Shown: positions 28,477-36,510 of the stretch, in pieces | How positions within the stretch are numbered: position 1 is the first letter of the stretch | How the letters are laid out: each line of letters begins with the position of its first letter | Source of the DNA: Candidatus Woesearchaeota archaeon | GTDB taxonomy: Archaea > Nanobdellota > Nanobdellia > Woesearchaeales > GW2011-AR4 | Assembly (NCBI GenBank): GCA_016177615.1 | Contig: JACOUX010000006.1 | Span: 30,131 to 94,130, forward strand | Direction of reading: 5' to 3' | DNA length: 64,000 nucleotides | Translations under genes and position numbers: made by a program | Notes under the pieces: model-generated | Told to the model about the DNA's origin: nothing | The model's input: the letters and a program-made list of their open reading frames with translations, nothing else | The model's database searches: none

Positions 28477-28719
28477 ATGAGCACAGTTCCAGCGGTTCCA
28501 TTGGAGAGTAAAGTAATTGAGGTTGTAGTAACTGGTGACATAAGATATGATATTCAGAGGGCTATAGCCATGATGGGCTCCAGTTTCCCAGGCGCGCATT
28601 TGTCAGGCAAAGCATTGGCAAAAGCCCTGGATGAAAAGCTGCCAGAAGGAAAGTACATAGCCCATGCAACAGGGAATATTGTAGAGTATATTGAGCCTAA
28701 ACCAGCCAATTACAATTAA
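28477..28719 (+). CDS. Small hypothetical protein (80 aa)
   Basis: ATG preceded by GGTGA SD and a TATA-like box. Confidence 0.55.
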   Translation: MSTVPAVPLESKVIEVVVTGDIRYDIQRAIAMMGSSFPGAHLSGKALAKALDEKLPEGKYIAHATGNIVEYIEPKPANYN

Positions 28720-29049
28720 AGAGCGGGAAAGAGCTATAAAAGCATTTTAATCTACTTCAAACAGTACAGATTCTAATGACTTATTTCATCCCTTATTACA
28801 TGAATTAAGATTATGGAAAAGTTCGCCATAACGGTGTTATATTCACTTTTTTTATCGCCTATAAGGTTGCTATCGCACACCGGAAATTTAGATTTGTTAT
28901 CTTCGCTTAAGATTGGTATCTTAAACAAACTTTTTTATTATACTATGAATCGGGGGCTAACGATTAATAAAACGATAACGGTTCGGGGGTGAAAAATAGC
29001 TGCTGCTGAGGAATGGTGCAAGGCAAGGAAGATGAAATTTAGGATAATC

Positions 29050-29181
29050 TCAAGATACTAAAGCTGCTTCTGTTTTACTAATTTCTATTTTAAATTCTAG
29101 TCCGCATTTTTTGCATTTGTATGATCCTAAATCTTCAAATCTCTTTGATATAGGTTCAAATTTATGTTTATGATTTTCCAC
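29050..29181 (-). CDS. 43-aa HxH/CxxC zinc-finger microprotein
   Basis: GAGGTG SD and GTG start: MENHKHKFEPISKRFEDLGSYKCKKCGLEFKIEISKTEAALVS. It has its own TATA box and the CACTGGACAT motif upstream. Confidence 0.6.
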   Translation of the reverse strand: MENHKHKFEPISKRFEDLGSYKCKKCGLEFKIEISKTEAALVS

Positions 29182-29249
29182 TACTACCACCTCTTTTGCT
29201 ATTCGCTTTTTATTTCAATGAGGTATTTTATAGGTATTAGTAGTTGGGG

Positions 29250-29279
29250 TTTATATAGTTCACGCAGAGATGTCCAGTG
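29250..29279 (-). promoter_or_regulatory. CACTGGACAT motif + TATA, promoter of the Zn-finger microprotein
   Basis: Minus strand reads CACTGGACATCTCTGCGTGAACTATATAAA. Confidence 0.65.
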
Positions 29280-29386
29280 ATACTCTAATATATAGATTAA
29301 AATAAATGAACTACAACTAAGAAATTAAGAAAAGAAAACTTTATATATGTGATATACTAGATTTTCTAAATAAATGGGTTTTTAGT

Positions 29387-30094
29387 ATGAATAAAATTTC
29401 TGAATTAGGAATAGAGAAAGTTACCCCTGATGAACTTATAGGCCCATTGAATGACATTGAGAAGAAGTTTGCTCCACCTTACCTTTTTCTTAAAGGAAAT
29501 CGTAAACTTATAGATAATCATCCTAGAGTCTCAATTATTGGTACTAGGCATCCTAGTGAGGGCGGAATAAATAACACTAGTAAATTAACGAAGTTTCTTC
29601 TTAAGAATGAAGTGGTTATTGTAAGTGGTCTTGCCCTAGGTATAGATACCGTGGCACATAAAACTGCGATTGAAAATGGTGGTAGAACCATAGCTGTGTT
29701 AGGTACGCCTCTTGATAGGTATTACCCAAAACAGAATAGTGATTTGCAGGATGAAATTGCGAGAGACAATTTAGTAATCTCACAATTTTCCTTAGGGTCA
29801 GCCATACAAAGGAAGAACTTCCCTCTACGTAATAGAACAATGGCATTGCTTTCTCATGTTTCAATTATTGTTGAAGCAGGGGAGGGTAGTGGAACAATTC
29901 ACCAAGGATGGGAAGCACTTCGTTTGGGTCGACCATTATTTCTTATTGAAGATATAATTAAGAATAAGAATCTAAAATGGCCACATAAATTAATTGGATA
30001 TGGTGCTAAAATTCTTCCAATTTCTCAAGCCAAATTTGTGCTTGAATCTTTACCAGTCCCCATGCTAGAGGCGGGGAACTATGCTACTTTCTGA
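29387..30094 (+). CDS. dprA: DprA/Smf Rossmann-fold protein (ShosA-like)
   Basis: SIIGTR, VSGLALGID, AVLGTPL, FPLRNRTMA, EAGEGSGT. Confidence 0.88.
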   Translation: MNKISELGIEKVTPDELIGPLNDIEKKFAPPYLFLKGNRKLIDNHPRVSIIGTRHPSEGGINNTSKLTKFLLKNEVVIVSGLALGIDTVAHKTAIENGGRTIAVLGTPLDRYYPKQNSDLQDEIARDNLVISQFSLGSAIQRKNFPLRNRTMALLSHVSIIVEAGEGSGTIHQGWEALRLGRPLFLIEDIIKNKNLKWPHKLIGYGAKILPISQAKFVLESLPVPMLEAGNYATF

Positions 30095-30725
30095 ATTAGA
30101 ATTTGGTTCTTATCTAACTTATAGTCCCCGAGGAAAATCTGATCTTGCTAAGCGGTCTAAGAATATTATGATTTATCTTAAATCTGAAGGAAATTTTGGT
30201 AACCCACCCAAGTTTATGTCACAACTTGTTGCAGAAAGGATAAAGGAAAGTATTGACAAAATGCCATTCAATCATTTTTTTAGTCCAAATGTTTCATTAG
30301 TTCCTATACCCAAAAGTTCTCTGATGCAACCAAACACACTTTGGGTTTCTGAGAAAATTGCAAAGGCTCTATCAAAACAAGCATTTGGAGATTTTTATCC
30401 TTGTTTAAAAAGAATAAAACCATTACAAAAAGCAGCTTATTCAAATCCACCAAATAGGCCTAAAGCTATTGATCACTATAACAGTATAGAATGTCAACCA
30501 CTTGTTCATAGACCGAAAGAGATAGTTCTTATTGATGACATTATTACGCGTGGTTCCACTCTACTTGGATGTGCAAGTAGATTAAAGGAAATTTTTTCTG
30601 ATGTACCGATTCGGGCATTTGCAGTCATTAGAACGATGAGTGATCCTAACGACTTTACAAATATAGAAGACCCATGTATTGGAACGATAACTCTCTCTAA
30701 CAATGATACATTTAGAAAACCCTAA
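30081..30725 (+). CDS. ComF-like phosphoribosyltransferase (ShosT-like)
   Basis: LVPIP and PRPP loop IVLIDDIITRGSTL; overlaps the dprA stop. Confidence 0.8.
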   Translation: MLLSELEFGSYLTYSPRGKSDLAKRSKNIMIYLKSEGNFGNPPKFMSQLVAERIKESIDKMPFNHFFSPNVSLVPIPKSSLMQPNTLWVSEKIAKALSKQAFGDFYPCLKRIKPLQKAAYSNPPNRPKAIDHYNSIECQPLVHRPKEIVLIDDIITRGSTLLGCASRLKEIFSDVPIRAFAVIRTMSDPNDFTNIEDPCIGTITLSNNDTFRKP

Positions 30726-30932
30726 TATAAAATAAGTGAATAAAAGCTAATAATAATTCAATTAAGCTATTCTTCGCCCCCGAACCCCCAGGATATACTA
30801 ATTAAAGCCCCCGATTCTTAATAAAAAAGTACTATAACACTAAATTTTCGGCGGTAAAAAACTCGATGTTCGCTACGCTCACTCGCCTATCGGTCGCCTA
30901 ACACTCGCAAGGCAAACTTTTTCTCGCTTCGC

Positions 30933-32090
30933 TCAAAAAAGTCTCGAGTGCTTCAAAATTTTTTCAGCTCTGAATTTTGCGGGTTGCCTCAAAATTCGAG
31001 GAAAAAATTTCTCGCCTCGAGCCAAATGTCGCCGGCCCTTCAGCTTTTCCTTTATCTCTTTCCAGGAAAACTTTTTGCTGGCCTTGCTGAGCTCATCAAG
31101 CACGTCCTTGATTAATCCATAATTATGGTAAATCAATTCGCCTTTCTGCCTTAGCTCGTGCCCTTCCTTTCCAAGCTCCTCTATTGTTTGCTTCTGCTGC
31201 CCAATTATTCTCTGCAGCGACTTTATCTGTTTGTCCTGCTCAGTTTCTTTTATTTCCCTGAACTGGGAATAAAAATGCCGCACAGCATCATTGAAGGTTT
31301 CAAATTTTGTTTTTTTGCTGTTTTTGTAGAAATTCAAGCCAAATGGAATGAAATCTATTAAGCTGTTGTCCGCGTCCAATACAGCATAAGGCTCTGTCTT
31401 GTTGTTGAGCAAGCTGTTAATGGAATCCTGCAATTGCTGCGCTTGCTTTTCATCAATGTTCTTGGGATTAAGATTTTTATCAACATTGGACATCAAGCAG
31501 AGCTCTTCAGAATACAACCCTCCCAGGCCAAGCTCCGTTGCCAGCGCAACCACAACACTTTCCTTTTTTGAATTTTTCATCAGCTCAGCAAGCTCATTAT
31601 TTTTCAAATCAAACATGTTAAAATCCATGATAGGATACGTGTACTTTAATTTTGGCTTGATAGACCTTTCCCTGAACTCATGATGCTCAAGTGCGTTTAT
31701 TATCACGTTATGGCTGTCGCAAAGGATTGCATTGCCCTTTCCGAAGAATTCTATGTAAAGATATTTATTTTCATCCTTGATATTAAACCCTAATTTAATT
31801 ATCCTTTCCGGCTTCAGCTGGCTTATCTCGCTTAAGAAATGCCCGTCCAAATGCTTTCTCAAAAGCATCCCGAAGCCAAGAGTCTCCCCATAATCTTCTT
31901 TGGTTTCTGCAGCGAATATGGACTGCCCGACACATATCCTCAGCAGCTTTTTGCCCAAATTCGCCTTGTGCAGGCTGAACATCAGGACAGTTTTCTCTGG
32001 CTGGTATATTTTGTCTATTCTTGAATCTTTAAGAGCTTCAAGCTCCATGACCAAAAAGTGCAGGTCCAATGAAGACAATTGCCTTTTCAT
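30933..32090 (-). CDS. NFACT/Rqc2 family protein (N-terminal domains only), tail encoded by a palindrome
   Basis: RIDKIYQP, FGMLLRKHL, LYIEFFGKGNAIL, HhH GLGGLYSEELC. Confidence 0.8.
   Translation of the reverse strand: MKRQLSSLDLHFLVMELEALKDSRIDKIYQPEKTVLMFSLHKANLGKKLLRICVGQSIFAAETKEDYGETLGFGMLLRKHLDGHFLSEISQLKPERIIKLGFNIKDENKYLYIEFFGKGNAILCDSHNVIINALEHHEFRERSIKPKLKYTYPIMDFNMFDLKNNELAELMKNSKKESVVVALATELGLGGLYSEELCLMSNVDKNLNPKNIDEKQAQQLQDSINSLLNNKTEPYAVLDADNSLIDFIPFGLNFYKNSKKTKFETFNDAVRHFYSQFREIKETEQDKQIKSLQRIIGQQKQTIEELGKEGHELRQKGELIYHNYGLIKDVLDELSKASKKFSWKEIKEKLKGRRHLARGEKFFPRILRQPAKFRAEKILKHSRLF
30943..31021. repeat. REP-like long hairpin overlapping the 3' end of the NFACT gene
   Basis: CTCGAG..AAATTTTTTC..GAATTTTG / CAAAATTC..GAAAAAATTT..CTCGAG. 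Confidence 0.6.
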
Positions 32091-32100
32091 AAAAATTAAA

Positions 32101-32469
32101 CTAACCTCTTTCCACAACAACCAAGTCTCCGTTATTTACCGTTTTGAATATTGCAGAGTTTCCAATAATCTTTCCAAAAACATTAACCTTTGATGCAGCC
32201 CTTATCCCGTCTTCTGTTGATTCCGGGGTTTTTCCGAAGAATATGCAGAAGCAGCTTCCTTCAGGCCAGTAGGCAACATCACCTTTCTCAACAATGTCTG
32301 TTGCATTTTTCTCCTCATCAACCCTTACAGGAATGACAAAATAAATCTCGTCTCCCCACCTGTTTGCAGCCCCGTCAATCGGGAGTGAATTGTAGATGGT
32401 TCTGGCAGTTTGGGTTTCTTCAAGCTCTACTCCAGCCTCGATATCATTTACAAAAATTTTTATTTTCAT
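32101..32469 (-). CDS. Cyclophilin-like fold protein (TM1367/DUF369 type)
   Basis: RWGDEIYF...GDVAYWPEG..FCIFFGKTP...VNVFG. Confidence 0.8.
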   Translation of the reverse strand: MKIKIFVNDIEAGVELEETQTARTIYNSLPIDGAANRWGDEIYFVIPVRVDEEKNATDIVEKGDVAYWPEGSCFCIFFGKTPESTEDGIRAASKVNVFGKIIGNSAIFKTVNNGDLVVVERG

Positions 32470-33626
32470 TTCAATGACTTGCCAACCCACTTCTCAATCC
32501 TGTCCATTCCCTTTTCTATCTCTTTTGTTGAAGTTGCATAGCTTAGCCTTATATGGCTGTCTGAGCCGAAGGCAATGCCAGGAACAACAGCAACAAGGGC
32601 ATCGTCAAGCAGCCCAGAGCAAAATTCCATCGATTTCATGCCGGTTTGGCTTATGTCGGCAAACGCATAAAAAGCGCCCTGCGGCTCGACACAGCTCATT
32701 CCCTTTATTTCATTAAGCCTCTTGTGCATGAGCTTTCTCCTTTCATCAAACGCTTCCACCATTTTTGCAACGCTGTCCTGCGGCCCGTTGAGCGCCTCAA
32801 GCGCTGCCATCTGCGCAATGCTCGACGGGTTGCTCGTGGAGTGGCTTTGAAGATTTTCCATTCCCTTTATTACTTCCTTGCCAGCACCGCAATATCCGAT
32901 GCGCCAGCCTGTCATAGCATATGTTTTTGAGACAGCATTCACGGTTATAGTAAGATTTTTGATGTCCTCATTTAAGGATGCTATGCTAATGAACTCATTG
33001 TTCCCATACACAAAATGCTCGTAAACCTCATCTGATATTACATAAAAATTATGCCTGGCTGCAAGCTCCGCTATCTTCCTTATCTCTTCAGGCTCAACAA
33101 CTGCGCCGCTCGGATTGCTCGGGCTGTTCAGCACAAGCAGTTTCGTCTTTTCGGTTATTTTTTCTTCAACAGTTTTTGCCGTGAGCATGAATCTTTTGTC
33201 AGTGTCGCAGAAAACAGTCTTTGCCCCTGTAAGCCTTATCATCTCATCAAAGCTCACCCAATATGGCACAGGAAGAATTGCCTCATTACATTCTCCAAGC
33301 ACAGCCATCATTGCATTGTAAAGTATATGCTTGCCGCCGCATCCAACAGTTACTTCAGAAACATCATATTGTATTTTGTTAAATCTCCTGAACTTATCGG
33401 CAACAGCCTTCTTAAGCTCCGGAATGCCTCCTACAGGAGTGTACCTTGTAATGTTATTGTTGATTGCCCTGATTGCGGCTTCTTTTATGTTGTTCGGCGT
33501 GTTGAAATCTGGCTCCCCTGCGCCGAAAATAACCATATCCTTTCCTTCTTTTTTAAGCTGCTTTGCCTTTGCGTCAATGGCCAGCGTTGCACTGGGAGCG
33601 ATATTTCTTACCTTTTGTGACAGCAT
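32466..33626 (-). CDS. Class I PLP-dependent (aspartate) aminotransferase
   Basis: GEPDF, NSPSNPSG, SDEVY, SKTYAMTGWRIG. Confidence 0.93.
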   Translation of the reverse strand: MLSQKVRNIAPSATLAIDAKAKQLKKEGKDMVIFGAGEPDFNTPNNIKEAAIRAINNNITRYTPVGGIPELKKAVADKFRRFNKIQYDVSEVTVGCGGKHILYNAMMAVLGECNEAILPVPYWVSFDEMIRLTGAKTVFCDTDKRFMLTAKTVEEKITEKTKLLVLNSPSNPSGAVVEPEEIRKIAELAARHNFYVISDEVYEHFVYGNNEFISIASLNEDIKNLTITVNAVSKTYAMTGWRIGYCGAGKEVIKGMENLQSHSTSNPSSIAQMAALEALNGPQDSVAKMVEAFDERRKLMHKRLNEIKGMSCVEPQGAFYAFADISQTGMKSMEFCSGLLDDALVAVVPGIAFGSDSHIRLSYATSTKEIEKGMDRIEKWVGKSLK

Positions 33627-33655
33627 GCTTTCACCAAAATTTATTAGCCAAAAAA

Positions 33656-34156
33656 TCAAATCTTTGATTTGATTTTTTGGTATATTGTATATGTATTAAA
33701 ACCTTTTGTAGTGTCAACTTCTATCAGTTTATGCCCTCTTTCCCTGGCTTCGTTAAGGCAGATATCAAATATCTCTGACTGAAGGTTTTCTTTTATTTTT
33801 TCTTTGTGGAAGCCCTTCTTTTTGAGGCGCTTATTTAATTCTTTAATATCACATTTTGTAATGATGCAGAAATCAACCAATCTTTTCGGCAGGTAGTGGG
33901 AAAGATGGGAATCTATTATGATCCCGTCTGCTTTCTTGGTTTTTTTGATATCAGCCATCTCTTTTATTATTTGCCCGTTTAAATTTTTTATGTCTACAAT
34001 CATGGTTTTTCTTTTTTTGTCATAGCCCTCAGACAATCTATATTTTGAAATGATTTTATTAGCATCCAAATAATGGAATTTTAGCTTATTGAACAAGCTC
34101 TTTGCCAAAGTGGTTTTTCCGGTTCCTGGGGTCCCAGACACAATTATAACTTTCAT
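33656..34156 (-). CDS. AK6/Fap7-type adenylate kinase/ATPase
   Basis: GTPGTGKTT, IIDSHLSH, KIKENLQSEI. Confidence 0.85.
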   Translation of the reverse strand: MKVIIVSGTPGTGKTTLAKSLFNKLKFHYLDANKIISKYRLSEGYDKKRKTMIVDIKNLNGQIIKEMADIKKTKKADGIIIDSHLSHYLPKRLVDFCIITKCDIKELNKRLKKKGFHKEKIKENLQSEIFDICLNEARERGHKLIEVDTTKGFNTYTIYQKIKSKI

Positions 34157-34157
34157 T

Positions 34158-35222
34158 TTAATAATTAAGCCTAAACCTTAATATTGCTCCAATCCCCCCC
34201 AACCCATCAAGCCTTTGCCCCCCTTCATGCTCCGAGCTTATTATATTTATTTCACCCTTTGTCTTATCTACAATTTTCATTATATTTTCTATTTCTTTGT
34301 AGAAATTTTCAGCCCTTGATTTTTGTATTAAAGTGTCTGTAATCAGAAACTCCTTTACAGCTCCGATGGAGGCCGCATCTGCAGTTTCTTTCATCCCGTA
34401 TACTGCAAGGTTGCTTCTGGCGATTTCAGTCAATAGCTCTTCCACTTTACCCATCTCTTTTGCAGCCCTTTCCCGCTTTAGAGCTTCCCTGACTTCAGGC
34501 CTTTTGATTACTTCGTCAATCCCGTTTTTCGTTGCAGAAGAGCATGTGGCGAGAATTATCTTCTGCTTCATCTCTTTATCGCTTACATTTTTCATAAGGT
34601 CTTCCTTCCAGAATGCAGGGGATGCAACAATGATCTGGCTTATTTTGTGTCTTTCCACATACTCCTTCATCTTGCCTATTATTGCAGCATAGAAATTTTC
34701 TTTCTTTATGTTCTCCTCCCTTTTCTTCTGCACTTCCCCATGAAGATGGCAGATGACCTCATACCCATATTTCCTGAACAAGGCGAAATAAGCCTCTTCC
34801 CGGTCGTGGACGCAGATGAGCAATGAAGATTTCTTCTCGGAGCACGCCTCTTTCAGCTTGTCAAGCTGGTATTTAAGCCAGGATTCCTTTATTATTGTTA
34901 GGGCAGTGTTTTCGTCAACATTAAAGGTGTGATGCTCTCCAAGCGGAATGTCCTCTGGCGCCTCTTTTATGACTCCAGAAACCCTAAGCAAATTGGAGGA
35001 CTTTCCGAACTCAACCTTCTCAACAAGGAGCTTCAAAAAAACAGCCATCTTGGCAGCATCCCTTGGCCTTTCGCCATCGGACTGGGATTTTATCTTCCTA
35101 AAGGTTTTTCCCTTGACAAAGTCACCTGGCTCTATTATTCCATTCAGATACCATAAGTCATCAAGATTCTGTACCAGTATTTTTACTTCCCCTGTTTTCA
35201 GATTGGAATGAACTAGTTTCAT
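34158..35222 (-). CDS. pelA: Pelota/Dom34 ribosome rescue factor
   Basis: DDLWYL, LRVSG, GEHHT, LDGLGGIGAILRF. Confidence 0.93.
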   Translation of the reverse strand: MKLVHSNLKTGEVKILVQNLDDLWYLNGIIEPGDFVKGKTFRKIKSQSDGERPRDAAKMAVFLKLLVEKVEFGKSSNLLRVSGVIKEAPEDIPLGEHHTFNVDENTALTIIKESWLKYQLDKLKEACSEKKSSLLICVHDREEAYFALFRKYGYEVICHLHGEVQKKREENIKKENFYAAIIGKMKEYVERHKISQIIVASPAFWKEDLMKNVSDKEMKQKIILATCSSATKNGIDEVIKRPEVREALKRERAAKEMGKVEELLTEIARSNLAVYGMKETADAASIGAVKEFLITDTLIQKSRAENFYKEIENIMKIVDKTKGEINIISSEHEGGQRLDGLGGIGAILRFRLNY

Positions 35223-35282
35223 ATCGCTGTCTGTAATTTTCAAAACATTTAAATATGTTTATGTAAATTTCTTCACCTTGAA

Positions 35283-36449
35283 ATGGAAAAAAAAGCCCAG
35301 AGCGGGATGAACGCTGCCATACTAGTGGCAATCATCGCAGGGCTTATCGTCCTTTACATAGTTTTTCTGCCGACTTCCGAGCGCGAGCGCCTGGTTTTGG
35401 ATAAGGGTGAAGAAGATGGAGCTGAAACCCAATCCAATCTTTTGCTTGACGTGTTCCCAGGGACGCTCAGCATTTCAAAAGGACTTGAGAACGAAAAGCC
35501 AATCCCAAACCTATTCCTGATTGAGACAACGAATGCAATGGAATTTGAGACAATCAATCCTTTTATAATAAGGAACGGGTGGTTTGACAAGAAATCAAAG
35601 TCTTTTGACTTTTCACTTGATGATCCTTCCAATGTTGATAATGTAATCCTTTCATTCACGACAAAAAAGAGGCAAGGCATACTTACTATACGGCTAAATA
35701 ATGAAGTGGTATTCGAAAATGAGTTTGCAAGCGACATAGTTGCCCCTGTAAGGCTTAGCAAAAGGCTCCTGGACAAGGCCAACACGCTGCAGTTCAGCGT
35801 TTCATCAGTAGGGGCAAGGTTCTGGGCAACCAATGAATATGAATTCGAAAATGCGAAGATAATAGGCGACATAACCGATACAAGCAGGCAGGAAAGCTCT
35901 AATGTGTTTGTCATCAGCGATTCAGAATACCAAAATATGGAAAAGGCAGAATTGAAGTTTAACCCGTACTGCGGCAATGTACGCGACTTGGGGGCTTTGA
36001 ACATACTTATAAACAACAAGAAATTAGTGTCTTCAGTTCCCAAGTGCGACGACCCTTACAACCAGCCAATTCCAAAATCCGTGCTTAATTCAGGAGAAAA
36101 CAACATAGTATTCAAGACAGACAAGGGAAGCTACGGCATCGAGCAGATAAGAGTGACATTGGATTTCAAAGGAGCTGCTGTCAAGACTTATTATTTTGAG
36201 ATAAAGACAGATGATTTCCAGAGCATCAGGAGCAATTCGAGGAAAGTCATGCTCATGGTCAAGTTTGCAGACGGGAAAACCCTTAAGAGGGCAAAGCTTG
36301 ATGTCAACAGCAGGATAGAAACAATAGAAACAGACAAAATGCTGTTTTCAAAGGACATAACAGGCAAAATTTCAGAAGGAAACAACTTTGTAAGGCTCGA
36401 GCCGCTTGAAGACATAGAAGTCGTAGAGCTGAAAGTTGAGCTGGCATAA
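35283..36449 (+). CDS. Class III signal peptide (pilin-like) protein with beta-rich body
   Basis: MEKKAQ|SGMNAAILVAIIAGLIVLYIVFL. Confidence 0.7.
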   Translation: MEKKAQSGMNAAILVAIIAGLIVLYIVFLPTSERERLVLDKGEEDGAETQSNLLLDVFPGTLSISKGLENEKPIPNLFLIETTNAMEFETINPFIIRNGWFDKKSKSFDFSLDDPSNVDNVILSFTTKKRQGILTIRLNNEVVFENEFASDIVAPVRLSKRLLDKANTLQFSVSSVGARFWATNEYEFENAKIIGDITDTSRQESSNVFVISDSEYQNMEKAELKFNPYCGNVRDLGALNILINNKKLVSSVPKCDDPYNQPIPKSVLNSGENNIVFKTDKGSYGIEQIRVTLDFKGAAVKTYYFEIKTDDFQSIRSNSRKVMLMVKFADGKTLKRAKLDVNSRIETIETDKMLFSKDITGKISEGNNFVRLEPLEDIEVVELKVELA

Positions 36450-36510
36450 TTCATTTCCCTTTCAATTGCTTAAAAACAAGAGGTGGCTAGGAAGAGTTCT
36501 CTATTAAGGT

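Larger units (their letters stand above)
28929..30830. mobile_element. AT-rich cassette bounded by ~70-bp imperfect inverted repeats (28929-29001 / 30765-30830)
   Basis: Three blocks mirror each other: ACTTTTTTATTA, GAATCGGGGGCT (12/12) and GGTTCGGGGGYGAARAATAGCT. No recombinase gene is inside. Confidence 0.6.

Noticed and set aside
28821-28847. dif/attC-like site GTTCGCCATAA-CGGTG-TTATATTCACT
   Set aside because: The spacer is 5 rather than 6 bp, I could not build a full attC fold, and no integrase is present.
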